Assembly: GCA_965207445.1 (NCBI GenBank) | Contig: CBDBLX010000002.1 | Span: forward strand, 2,135,849-2,199,848 | DNA length: 64,000 nucleotides | Origin: Nitrosopumilus sp. | GTDB taxonomy: Archaea; Thermoproteota; Nitrososphaeria; Nitrososphaerales; Nitrosopumilaceae | Direction of reading: 5' to 3' | Shown here: piece by piece, positions 19,092-29,500 of the stretch | Layout: every line of letters begins with the position of its first letter | Numbering within the stretch: position 1 is the first letter of the stretch | Position numbers and translations under genes: made by a program | The notes under the pieces: generated by a model | What the model was told of the DNA's origin: nothing | What the model saw: only the letters and a program-made list of their open reading frames with translations | The model's database searches: none

Positions 19092-20999
19092 GTGAACAAT
19101 ACAGACATACTAACAAGGGTGCGAAATACATTGGATCAAGATAGTGAAAAGACAGATCATCGTGTTGATTTTCAAATTCACAAAGAGATTGTGTTTGTAA
19201 CTATTGGTTCTATTGTAGGCGCCATTATTATGCAGATTCCAGAAATATTTGTTCATGGTTTTGGCAACATATCTTATGCACTAATATGGATTGTATTTGG
19301 AGATACATTGAGTTCTTTTGATAAAGGTGCGGAATTTCTAGTGCATGTATCATCAGCAGTCATTGTGGGCATTATTGTAGGAGTAATGTTACATCGTACA
19401 TTAAAAATTGATGTTTCAGTACTCATAAAAGGACTCTTCTTTGGATTAATTGCATGCGGTATTGTATTTGCCGCATTTGCAACACCTACAATATACCTAC
19501 TATTGACAGGATCATATGATGCGGCCATGAACACATACGAATTTTCCTCTACAGTATTGTTTGAATCAATTTTTACACATATTGTCTGGGGATTGGTACT
19601 AGGGGCAATCACCACAGCGTTGACTCGTAAATACGGTGCCAATTATCGTTGCAGTATTTGTGATGTTGTCTTTTCCAATACCAAAACTCTAAAGGCTCAC
19701 AAATCACATGTACATGGAAGTGGTTCGGCTTCAATGAAGCGCATACTAATACTAGGGGGCGGATACGCAGGCGTCACTGTGTTAAACAAGATCCAAAAAC
19801 AGTTCAACAACGACGTTGATGTGAGTATAAATCTAATCAGTGAATCAAATTTTTTTCTACATACACCAATGCTACCTGAGATGGCCACAGGCATCATCGA
19901 GGCACGCCACATCTCAACTCCAATACGAAAGTTTTGTAAAAGGGCGAGATTTTATCAAGCCCGTGTAACCTCAATAGAACTAAAGAACAATCAAGTTATT
20001 ATGCACAAAATTGGAGAAAACAAAACAGATGTACTTGCATATGATTATTTGGTTATTGCAGCAGGTATGAAGACTAGTTTTTATGGAAACAAAAACATAG
20101 AGCACAATGCATTTACCATCAAGACTATGGATGATGCAATAAATATCAGAAACCACATAATTGGTATACTTGAGCATGCGGACCAAGAACACGATACTGA
20201 GATACGAGACGAACTTATGACATTTGTGGTTGTTGGTGGTGGGTTTGCAGGTGTACAGATGGTAGGAGAGTTGAACTCGTTTGTACGAGGTTCGGTTAAA
20301 AATTATTATCACAATATACCAAAATCATCTATAAAAGTGATACTAGTACATAAAAATGAAAAGTTGCTACCTGAATTCGAAGATTTGGGCACACATGCAG
20401 CCGCAACACTAACAAAGGTAGGAGTTACGTTGTACGGTAATAAAAAATTAATTGATTATGCAAATAAAGTAGCAAAATTCAGTGACGGTACAACTACCAA
20501 TACTAGGACACTAATATGGGCAGGAGGAGGTAGAGTGGATGAGGTCATATTAAACACAGATACAGAACATCACGAATCAGGGCGCATTATAACGAATTTA
20601 CATCTAAGTCTAAAAAACAACCCAGATATTTTTGTGTTAGGTGACTGTGCATTTCTCACTAATCCACGTAACGGAATACCATATCCACCAACTGCCCAAC
20701 ATGCATTAGAAGAAGCAAATCTAGTTGCAGAAAATCTCACAAACAGAGTAAAGCATATAGGAGTACAGTATGATTTTAAATACAATACAACAAGGTCCAT
20801 GGCCAAGTTAGGACATATGCGAGGAGTGGCAATAATATTTGGAATGAAAATCCGAGGGCCTCTTGCATGGATTATATGGAAACATTATAATCTCTCAAAG
20901 CTTCCAACTACTGAAAAAAAGATACGAGTAGGATTTGACTGGTTCATAGACTTGTTCTTCCCACGTGATATAACTAGACTCTCAAACAAAACAGATTAG
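19092..20999 (+). CDS. Type II NADH dehydrogenase-like flavoprotein fused to an N-terminal multi-TM region and C2H2 finger
   Basis: GGGYAG, YDYLVIAAG, GGGFAGV, GDCA, PPTAQHA; CSIC-x12-HKSHVH. Confidence 0.85.
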   Translation: MNNTDILTRVRNTLDQDSEKTDHRVDFQIHKEIVFVTIGSIVGAIIMQIPEIFVHGFGNISYALIWIVFGDTLSSFDKGAEFLVHVSSAVIVGIIVGVMLHRTLKIDVSVLIKGLFFGLIACGIVFAAFATPTIYLLLTGSYDAAMNTYEFSSTVLFESIFTHIVWGLVLGAITTALTRKYGANYRCSICDVVFSNTKTLKAHKSHVHGSGSASMKRILILGGGYAGVTVLNKIQKQFNNDVDVSINLISESNFFLHTPMLPEMATGIIEARHISTPIRKFCKRARFYQARVTSIELKNNQVIMHKIGENKTDVLAYDYLVIAAGMKTSFYGNKNIEHNAFTIKTMDDAINIRNHIIGILEHADQEHDTEIRDELMTFVVVGGGFAGVQMVGELNSFVRGSVKNYYHNIPKSSIKVILVHKNEKLLPEFEDLGTHAAATLTKVGVTLYGNKKLIDYANKVAKFSDGTTTNTRTLIWAGGGRVDEVILNTDTEHHESGRIITNLHLSLKNNPDIFVLGDCAFLTNPRNGIPYPPTAQHALEEANLVAENLTNRVKHIGVQYDFKYNTTRSMAKLGHMRGVAIIFGMKIRGPLAWIIWKHYNLSKLPTTEKKIRVGFDWFIDLFFPRDITRLSNKTD

Positions 21000-21434
21000 A
21001 CCTAGTTGTTTGTGTATATCGTTCATTATACTAGATTAGACATTTGATCATAATTAGTATTTGTACACAAAATTACAAATAAATGTAAATTATGTTTATT
21101 ATAGTGATGATTTAATTCGTTAATGTTGCAAGGTTATAGGGAAAAGTGTTTGATCAAGTATAATACCACAAGTCAAAGAAATCAAAGGTATTCTTCAAAG
21201 AGCATGACATCATACTATCCTAGTACTACAGGGGCACTCGTATATAATTAGATTAAAAAGTGAATACTTGCACATAATATTCATAAATTATTTAAATTCA
21301 ACATATATTATCTAAAACACATAAGATCATAAAATAACACAAAATAATAAAACATGATTAAATTATGTACGACTACTTGCAAGATTAATCATCAAGCTCA
21401 AAGGGTTAAATAATATCTCACTTGTCTCATCATA

Positions 21435-22469
21435 ATGAGTACAAAAAGCGCAGTTGTAATGAAAGGAGACGGAATAGGTCCAGAAGTAGTTGATGCCATG
21501 CTTATGGTTATCAAAGAATGTGGTATTCAATCAGAGATTATAATGTGTGAAGCAGGCTCAGAACAATGGGATCGTAATGGAAGGAAAGAAAAATCATACA
21601 TACCAGATGACACCATGAATACACTTCATAAAGCAGATGCATGTTTCAAAGGTCCAACCACAACAATTCCCATACCCGATGCTCCAAAAAGCGTAGCAGT
21701 CACGCTTCGACAAAAGTTTGATCTTTATGCAAATATAAGACCCAGTAAGACATATGAACGACTCTCGCCAGGTGTAAACCTAGACTGTGTGTGTTTTAGA
21801 GAGGCAACAGAAGGGTTGTATACAGGCATTGAGGCACGAATAACCAAAGATACAGCAATTGCAATTAGAAAGATAACTAAACAGGGATGTGATCGTATAA
21901 TAAATGCATCTCTTAAATGGGCCAAAGAGCACAATATGAAAAAGATGGTTGCAATTACAAAGAGAAACATACTCAAAGAGACTGATGGGATATTTTGGAG
22001 TGCAGCACAGCAAGGAGTACAAGGCACAGAAATTGAATTGTCAGAAATTTACATTGATAATATAATGCAACAACTAGTCATCAATCCAAAACAGTTTGAT
22101 GGCACAGTACTTGTGAGTACTAATTTGTTTATGGATATAGTATCAGAATTGGTGTCAGGTTTAGTTGGGTCAATTGGACTCATTTATTCGGCAAATATAG
22201 GTGATCAATTTGCAATGTTTGAGGCAGCACATGGAAGTGCACCGCAATTTGCAGGAAAGAACGTTGTAAATCCAGTTGCGGCAATCTGTTCGGGTGCATG
22301 GATGGCAAAATATCTAGGAGAAGGAGAGATTGCAGATGCAATATTTAGATCCACAGAAGAGGTGGTAAATGAAGGTAAGACAGTGACATGGGATATTGGC
22401 GGATCTGCGAAAACAACACAGATGGCAGATGAGATATGCAAAAAAGCAAAATTAATTTTACATCGTTAA
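21435..22469 (+). CDS. Isocitrate/isopropylmalate dehydrogenase family protein
   Basis: GDGIGPEV, LYANIRP, REATEGLY, FEAAHGSAP. Confidence 0.93.
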   Translation: MSTKSAVVMKGDGIGPEVVDAMLMVIKECGIQSEIIMCEAGSEQWDRNGRKEKSYIPDDTMNTLHKADACFKGPTTTIPIPDAPKSVAVTLRQKFDLYANIRPSKTYERLSPGVNLDCVCFREATEGLYTGIEARITKDTAIAIRKITKQGCDRIINASLKWAKEHNMKKMVAITKRNILKETDGIFWSAAQQGVQGTEIELSEIYIDNIMQQLVINPKQFDGTVLVSTNLFMDIVSELVSGLVGSIGLIYSANIGDQFAMFEAAHGSAPQFAGKNVVNPVAAICSGAWMAKYLGEGEIADAIFRSTEEVVNEGKTVTWDIGGSAKTTQMADEICKKAKLILHR

Positions 22470-22480
22470 ACCATCATAGA

Positions 22481-23056
22481 TTACAAGTCACGGTTATTCA
22501 TAGTACATTCAATTAATAATAATTCTTCAAAAAATAATTTCTTTCTAGATACAATATGAGCATCATCAAACCCTGCATCGAGTGCATGTTGCATCAAACC
22601 TTTATAGTCAGATAATATTGTGCTGATGAATACAAATCTTCCACCGTTTGCAACATTATAAGATACAGAGTCAAGTATAATTGAGGGTACAACTAACCCA
22701 TCTAGTCCACCATCAGTAGCAAGATAAGTAATTTTATCAGTAGCAAGATATGGAGGATTGCAAACGATTAGATCAAATTTTGCATATATAGCATCAGAAC
22801 CACTACAACATACAAGATTTTCTGTACGATATGTATAAGATTGGTTTTTTAGTACATTAAAATTAATATCAGTGCCAACTACTATATCAAATGTCTTATA
22901 CAGCATCTTTGTGATGTATCCCGAACCACTCCCAACATCAAGAGCCATTTTGCCGCAGGGCAAACAGTTTATGTAATCTGCAAGAAAGAATGTATCCTCA
23001 GAAGGAGGATATTCATCATTCTGACTCTTCGCATCATACATCTTTACAACATCCAT
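22481..23056 (-). CDS. HemK2/PrmC-like SAM-dependent methyltransferase
   Basis: YPPSEDTF, LDVGSGSG, NPPY. Confidence 0.9.
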   Translation of the reverse strand: MDVVKMYDAKSQNDEYPPSEDTFFLADYINCLPCGKMALDVGSGSGYITKMLYKTFDIVVGTDINFNVLKNQSYTYRTENLVCCSGSDAIYAKFDLIVCNPPYLATDKITYLATDGGLDGLVVPSIILDSVSYNVANGGRFVFISTILSDYKGLMQHALDAGFDDAHIVSRKKLFFEELLLIECTMNNRDL

Positions 23057-23440
23057 TTATTGCAAATTATGATTATGGTCATATCAATATAACGATTGTT
23101 GTTATTATGTTAATGCGTATTTTAAAGAAATATTTTTTCATTATTGAGTAGTGCTAATTTTACTGGGGACTGAATTTAGTGAGGACTGAATTTAATTTAT
23201 ATATACATATATTATTTTTATATTTTAACTAAAGTAATTGGTCAAATGTTAATTTCACATAAAGACCTCATATGTCTTAAAATTAGAATCTGCACTAGCC
23301 ACCAACAAATATAAAATATCAAAAAATATAAGATTATTTAAAAGACAATTAATTACATAATGTCATATATTAAAAGACCATGAAGATAAATCAACTATAA
23401 GGCAATATACAATAACAATAACAGTTTTGACACAACAGCA

Positions 23441-23767
23441 TTATGAATGGTCTTTTGATATTTGAAGTATCTTTTCCAAAGTTTCTGCAAGGATAAGTTT
23501 CTTCCATCCAAATGTAAAAGAACGAAGTTCTGCCATACTAGTAGGTTTGATGTTTATAATCTCAACTGCTTCATCTTCTGTCAGATTACACTCTTTGATC
23601 AATAATTTTTTCATCTCTACGGCATTTTTTGAATCAGTAAAAGTAAATTTTGATACATAATCATATGTCCATCTCTGAATTTGGTCCATCTCATCTGGTC
23701 CAACTTTACCCAAAATCTCTTTGACCTCTGAGAGTGAGATTGATTGTTTATTTTGTACTTCTTCCAT
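23441..23767 (-). CDS. rpoF: RNA polymerase subunit Rpo4 (F)
   Basis: ISLSEVKEIL, YVSKF, IINIKP..ELR; follows rpl21e. Confidence 0.9.
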   Translation of the reverse strand: MEEVQNKQSISLSEVKEILGKVGPDEMDQIQRWTYDYVSKFTFTDSKNAVEMKKLLIKECNLTEDEAVEIINIKPTSMAELRSFTFGWKKLILAETLEKILQISKDHS

Positions 23768-23768
23768 T

Positions 23769-24071
23769 TTATTGCACACCAAAGGGTTTGATATGATCTA
23801 ATCTGGTGATTAGTGTCTTTGTCTTGTTACCGAGTTTTACATGCAAGGTCACAGCTCTACGGCCCACCTCTTTTACAACTCCAACTTTTCCATGATATCT
23901 ACGATGAGGCAGTCCTTTGTGCTGTCGTGGATCTATAATGACAAGAGCTTGTTGTCCCTCACGATATTCACGAAGTAAAAACGATACACCTCTAGGAGCA
24001 CTCTTTTTCATTACAGAGCGGGATTTGTGTCGAAATCCATGTGAGCGGCCATGAGACTTTTTAGTTGCCAT
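23769..24071 (-). CDS. rpl21e: 50S ribosomal protein L21e
   Basis: SHGFRHKSR, KGLPHRRYHGKVG, HIKP. Confidence 0.96.
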   Translation of the reverse strand: MATKKSHGRSHGFRHKSRSVMKKSAPRGVSFLLREYREGQQALVIIDPRQHKGLPHRRYHGKVGVVKEVGRRAVTLHVKLGNKTKTLITRLDHIKPFGVQ

Positions 24072-24237
24072 GTAAAATACGTCTGTTAAACCCTATTTAA
24101 TCTACTATATTGTACAACACAGAGATTTTAGAGTCATCCCCGCTACACATTCTTTTAATCGAGATGTAAATTTCCACGTACTAAACCATTTAGCCATTAC
24201 AATAGAAGCAAAAATAAAAAATAAAAAAAGAGAGAGA

Positions 24238-25461
24238 TTACTCGTCGGAGTTCTCTACATCAGTAAGATCAATCTCATCATCAAGATTAATCTCAAGTGA
24301 GTCTGCCTTTGGAGCATCGTCATCAACTGTAGCAGGGTTAGATTCAGCAGTAGTGGTCTTTGTCTTTTTGGCAGTTGTTTTCGTAGATTTGACAGTAGTC
24401 TTTGTAGCAGTACTAGACTCTGGTTCAAGTGGTTCATCTTTAGCAGTAGTCTTTGCAGTAGTGTCAGCACTCTTTGTCTTTTTAGTTTTAGTTGTAGTTG
24501 CATCTTCAGGATCAACTACGCCTGCAACATCAAGTGCAAAGATTACTTCTTCCTCTGCATGGTGTGGACTATCTACCATACGAGCAATCCTCTTTTTACC
24601 AGACTTTTTAAAGTAGATTCTATAGGTGCTAGTGTGTGCAACTACATTTCCACCGATCGGTCTAGTTGGGTCACCAAAGAATACGTCAGGAGATGCCATA
24701 ACTTGATTCGTCGCAATTGCAGCGCAATTGTAGATCTCAGCATACCTTGACAGCAGACGGACAAAGTGATTGAGTTTTTGTTGTCTGTTTGAAAGAGTTC
24801 CACGTCCCAGATATTCTGATCGGAACAATCCAACAGCAGAATCTGCAACAATCAATCGGATGTTGTTTGCCTCTATGACAGGTCCTGCACCTTCCAAAAT
24901 TAGTGTTTGGTGTGAACTGCTTTGTGCACGCGCTACTGTAATGTTCTGCAAAACAGATACAGGATCCATTCCATGTGCTTGAGCAATTGAGACGATTCGC
25001 TCAGGCCTAAATGTGTTTTCAGTATCAATGTACAAAACACCACCGTCTAAGCCACCCTCTTCTTTGGTTTTTTGAACCATTACAGACATGGTGTGAGCAA
25101 ATTGTGTCTTACCGCAACCAAATTCACCATACACTTCAGTCAGTGCTTGTGTCTCCAACCCACCATCAAATAGCGAGTCAAGACAGTTTGTGCCAGTTGT
25201 AATGCGACCAATCTTTTGTCTGTTCTCGTAGATCTCACTTGCGCTAACAAAATCTGCAGACAGTTGACCACTATCAACTAGATGTTGTCGTGCTTTGTTG
25301 ACGATCTTCTCGGCACTGTCTTTTTCCATTCCAGTTATGTCTGAAATTTCGACAGGTCCGCGGACGATAAGATCCATAACATTATGGACACCTGCATCAG
25401 ACAGCTTTCGTGTTGTAACGGGGCCGACGCCCTCCAAGCTGTCGAGTTTCATATCTTCCAT
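24238..25461 (-). CDS. radA: DNA repair and recombination protein RadA with K/T-rich then acidic C-terminal tail
   Basis: GEFGCGKTQ, IDTENTFRPER, GGNVVAHTST, MVDSP. Confidence 0.96.
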   Translation of the reverse strand: MEDMKLDSLEGVGPVTTRKLSDAGVHNVMDLIVRGPVEISDITGMEKDSAEKIVNKARQHLVDSGQLSADFVSASEIYENRQKIGRITTGTNCLDSLFDGGLETQALTEVYGEFGCGKTQFAHTMSVMVQKTKEEGGLDGGVLYIDTENTFRPERIVSIAQAHGMDPVSVLQNITVARAQSSSHQTLILEGAGPVIEANNIRLIVADSAVGLFRSEYLGRGTLSNRQQKLNHFVRLLSRYAEIYNCAAIATNQVMASPDVFFGDPTRPIGGNVVAHTSTYRIYFKKSGKKRIARMVDSPHHAEEEVIFALDVAGVVDPEDATTTKTKKTKSADTTAKTTAKDEPLEPESSTATKTTVKSTKTTAKKTKTTTAESNPATVDDDAPKADSLEINLDDEIDLTDVENSDE

Positions 25462-25742
25462 ATTGAATAGCAAAAGTACGGTATAATAAAGGTTTTGTTT
25501 GGTACTTTTACGGTAATTTTAGGTAGTTATAATATTATATCCCAAATAGACAAGTGGAGCTTTTAATATTTTTTCTAACAGACCAGCATAAAAAATAAAG
25601 TTTGAATCAATATTTTGTTAAATTACACAAACACAACACAAGTTTAGACATAAACTACACATTACAATAATAATAATAATAATTGAACAAATACAGACTA
25701 GACAATAAATTAAATATTTTGACACACTAAATCAAATACTAT

Positions 25743-26513
25743 ATGACACACAGAACACTTGTGATACCAGACATACATCACAAATACCATATAGCAGAGC
25801 AGATCATATCAAAGGAACGTCCAGATCTAACGATCTTTTTAGGAGATTATTTTGATGACTTTTATGATACTGCTGATGATGTAGCCAATACAGCAAAATG
25901 GCTAAAAGATTCACTTGATTCTACTTGTACTGAAAATGATAACAAGACAAGTAACTGTAGAATACACTTGATTGGAAATCATGATTTACATTATATGACT
26001 ATGAATCAAAAATTCACATGTAGGGGGCACTCTAGACTTAAACACAACATAATAGACACGTTTGATATTGATTGGAGTAAGTTAAGACTCTATTACTGGC
26101 TAGGAGACACAGATGATATGAGTGATAGGTGGCTATGCACACATGCAGGATTTACAAACAAACTATTTGTAAAATATCTCAAGACAGGCTCAGAAACAGT
26201 CAACGACATTTTACAAAGAACAGATGAGGATCTTGATAATATTCACAATGAGTCAGTAGAACACACATTTTTACAAGCAGGAACCATTAGAGGTGGATCA
26301 GAAAATAGTGTGGGCGGCATTATATGGTGCGATTACAATGAATTTGTTGACATACCAAACACAAAACAAATTTTTGGACACACTAGAGATTTTAAAGTCA
26401 GACATAAAATTACTAGTGCGATAAATTCAGAACATTATTGCATAGACACAACACTATGTAATTATGCAATATGTGACGATTACAACACAATGACAATTAA
26501 AAATGTAGAATGA
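25743..26513 (+). CDS. Metallophosphoesterase
   Basis: PDIH, LGDYFD, GNHD, THAG, FGHT. Confidence 0.88.
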   Translation: MTHRTLVIPDIHHKYHIAEQIISKERPDLTIFLGDYFDDFYDTADDVANTAKWLKDSLDSTCTENDNKTSNCRIHLIGNHDLHYMTMNQKFTCRGHSRLKHNIIDTFDIDWSKLRLYYWLGDTDDMSDRWLCTHAGFTNKLFVKYLKTGSETVNDILQRTDEDLDNIHNESVEHTFLQAGTIRGGSENSVGGIIWCDYNEFVDIPNTKQIFGHTRDFKVRHKITSAINSEHYCIDTTLCNYAICDDYNTMTIKNVE

Positions 26514-26596
26514 ATGGTTAAAGTAGAGAAGAACTTCTCAAACAGTAAATTTCAAAATATAGAATTTAATATATTCTGCGTGGTAGATTGTAAAAA

Positions 26597-29500
26597 TCAT
26601 ACTGGCGTGTGTTGTGTACGATTATAGTCAACATCTGTTTTGTATACGGGTGTTATTTCAGAGGTTGTGTTGTTTTTTAATCTATGAAATGCTATAAAAC
26701 TACCAACAATGGCAATGATACCTCCAATCACAGCACCAACCACTATACCCATGCCAAATGTAGAATCAGAAGAGTTTTGAGTGGGTGTAGTTTCTGATAT
26801 ATCTGCAAACGAATCGACACTGTCAGCAGTATTATCAGCAGTATTGTCAGCAGTATTGTCAACAATGTTATCAGTACCACCATCTATAGAAATTTCAGAG
26901 TCTATTTGAGATGTATTAGGAGGCAATAGTATATCAGCAGTATTGTCGACGATGTTATCAAACATCTTATCGATGGGGGGATTCAGAGTATTATCGATTG
27001 TATTATGGTCAATCACATTATGGTCAATCATAGCACCATCAATCAGATTACCACTATTTTGCCCAAGATCATCAAGAATTGTATTATCAGACGGTATATT
27101 TCTATCAAGTAAGTTTGTATCAAGAGTCACACTAGTGGATATGTTGGATATATCTCTGTAAAATTTTACATTCATGGAGATCGGCTCTATAATAGATTCA
27201 GCGCCATATAATGTGGTATGTGTCATTATAGTGTACATTCCAGAACCATTAATTGGAATGGTTATGAGTGCAGACGTGTAATCATTTTCTACATCACCAG
27301 ATACAGGATAAAAACCACCACCTTCACTAAATGGAGTTACACCAAGCCAATCTATTGATGGCCAATCAAGAAAGTGTCCAAAGACACCAGACGGGACATT
27401 TGTCTGAATTATTTTTCCCGTAGGATCAACTGCAAATATAGACATACTAGTATCAGGTGACTGCCAAGATAGCTCTACAGTAGCAATACCAATAGACTCA
27501 TCATACACATCAAAATAATAATTGCGCCAATCACCTGCCATATATCGACCAACCATATCAAATGAACCTCGTGTGTAGCTGTTGTGATATATGGTGCCAA
27601 GTGAAAAAGTATCAGTGTCAGAAAGATCACTCATATGTACATCGTCATAAACATCAGACAACACAGGTTTGATCGAAACCCCAGTGTCAAAAGCACGTAT
27701 AGAGGTTTTCACGACAAAGGATACAGGTACGTTAACTGTATGATCATCACTTGCAAATTCTATAAATCCTTGATGTACTCCAACCTCAGTGTCATTAGTA
27801 GTGACAAGTGTAATATCAACAGTGCCCACATCATTAGCACCTATTAAAATCTCCTTATTTTCAGGCCATAAAACATCATTCCAAATCTTTTTTGTATAAT
27901 ATTCAGCAGAGATGGTATAATCTAATGCAGTGGCATTCATACCATTTTGTCCAACCCAGTAAGAGTATCTTTGTGGAACTGGATATATCCCAACTATTGG
28001 AATACCTTCAAACAACGTGGCCGGATCAGAGACACGTATCTCTTGGACAGTTCCCCATGAACCACCACGCGTCACCAGTATTAGTTCATTGCTTGTAATC
28101 TCAGAGTCATCATTTGCATCAATCCAATCATATAGATACAAGGATGCAATACTAATATCATCAGCATATACATCAGTGGACATGTTCATAAAATCCGAGA
28201 ATGCGAAATTTACATCAAGTATCAAAAGCGATACATTGTCTAGAAACGGTACATCACCATCATCCAAGAGTCCTCCAAGATGATTATCAGAGTATACATC
28301 TGAAAGCCGTATGTAATTTGGAGTGTATACATTAGTATCATTTAATATTGGATCTTGTTGGTGGGGCACTGTAGTTCCATCATATATGGTACGATGTACA
28401 AGTGACATTACCTGTGGTGTCACGTCTACCCGTATTGCATCTGAGTTAGGATTCTCTACTTTGAATGTCACAGTACTACGATCACCGGATTCCAAATGTC
28501 CAGCAAACCATGCAGTCATAGGTATATTACGATCAGGTAACTCAAAGGCATCAATTCCAGTATTGGTAAGGTTTACAGATGATATGGCAGGTTGTAATAT
28601 TTTACGTATTTGTTGGTAAGAGTCCTCATTATACACAACAAACACACCACCATCACCATGTACAAATTCAAGTGCTGTTCCTGCATCTGCAAGCCCTGCC
28701 CCCTGCACAAACGGATCATTATGGGTATCAAGTGCAGTAGACATCAATATATTACGAACAATAAAAGGATCATAATCTATCAAATTTTCAGTTAATTCAC
28801 TCATTATGAGAGCAGACACTCCTGCCACCATTGGCGCTGCCATGCTAGTCCCACCATAAAGCGTAAACGGATCGCGTGTATCAGCACTCTGTGATGCACC
28901 CATCATGCTTTGAGGTACAAAACCAAAAGCGCCCATACTGATGACATCAGGTCTAACATCGCCAATCACCCCGGGGCCCCTGCTAGTAAAGTCCACAGGA
29001 TGTCCATTATGAGGAATATCTACATTGTCCAGGTTATTATTATCATTATTATTATTATTATCATTATCATCATCAGAATCATTCTCAACACTTGTAACAC
29101 CAAACCTAGGCTGATCCTTGAACGGACCATATCCTACAAAGACATTATTGGTACTAGCACCAACAGATATTCCAAATGATGCAACACCAGGTGTTGACAC
29201 AGTACCATAACCATGGCCAGAATTACCAGCACTTGCAACCATTACCACACCAGGATAATCATCATCAAGGGATCTAGGCATAACAAGCATATCTAGTACA
29301 AGTGATAAGATATCATAACCAGGTGCTGAGCCGACGTTTGGAAAAGTCGAGATTCCAAAACTATTAGATATGATATCAGCACGAGGTATACCTGAAAACT
29401 TCCAGCTAGCGTTATAGTTCTCAAATCCAGCAGACCACAGCCACCCATATACAACATCACCAAGCCAGATTGCCTTTACAGGAAGGATCTTTGCATCAGG

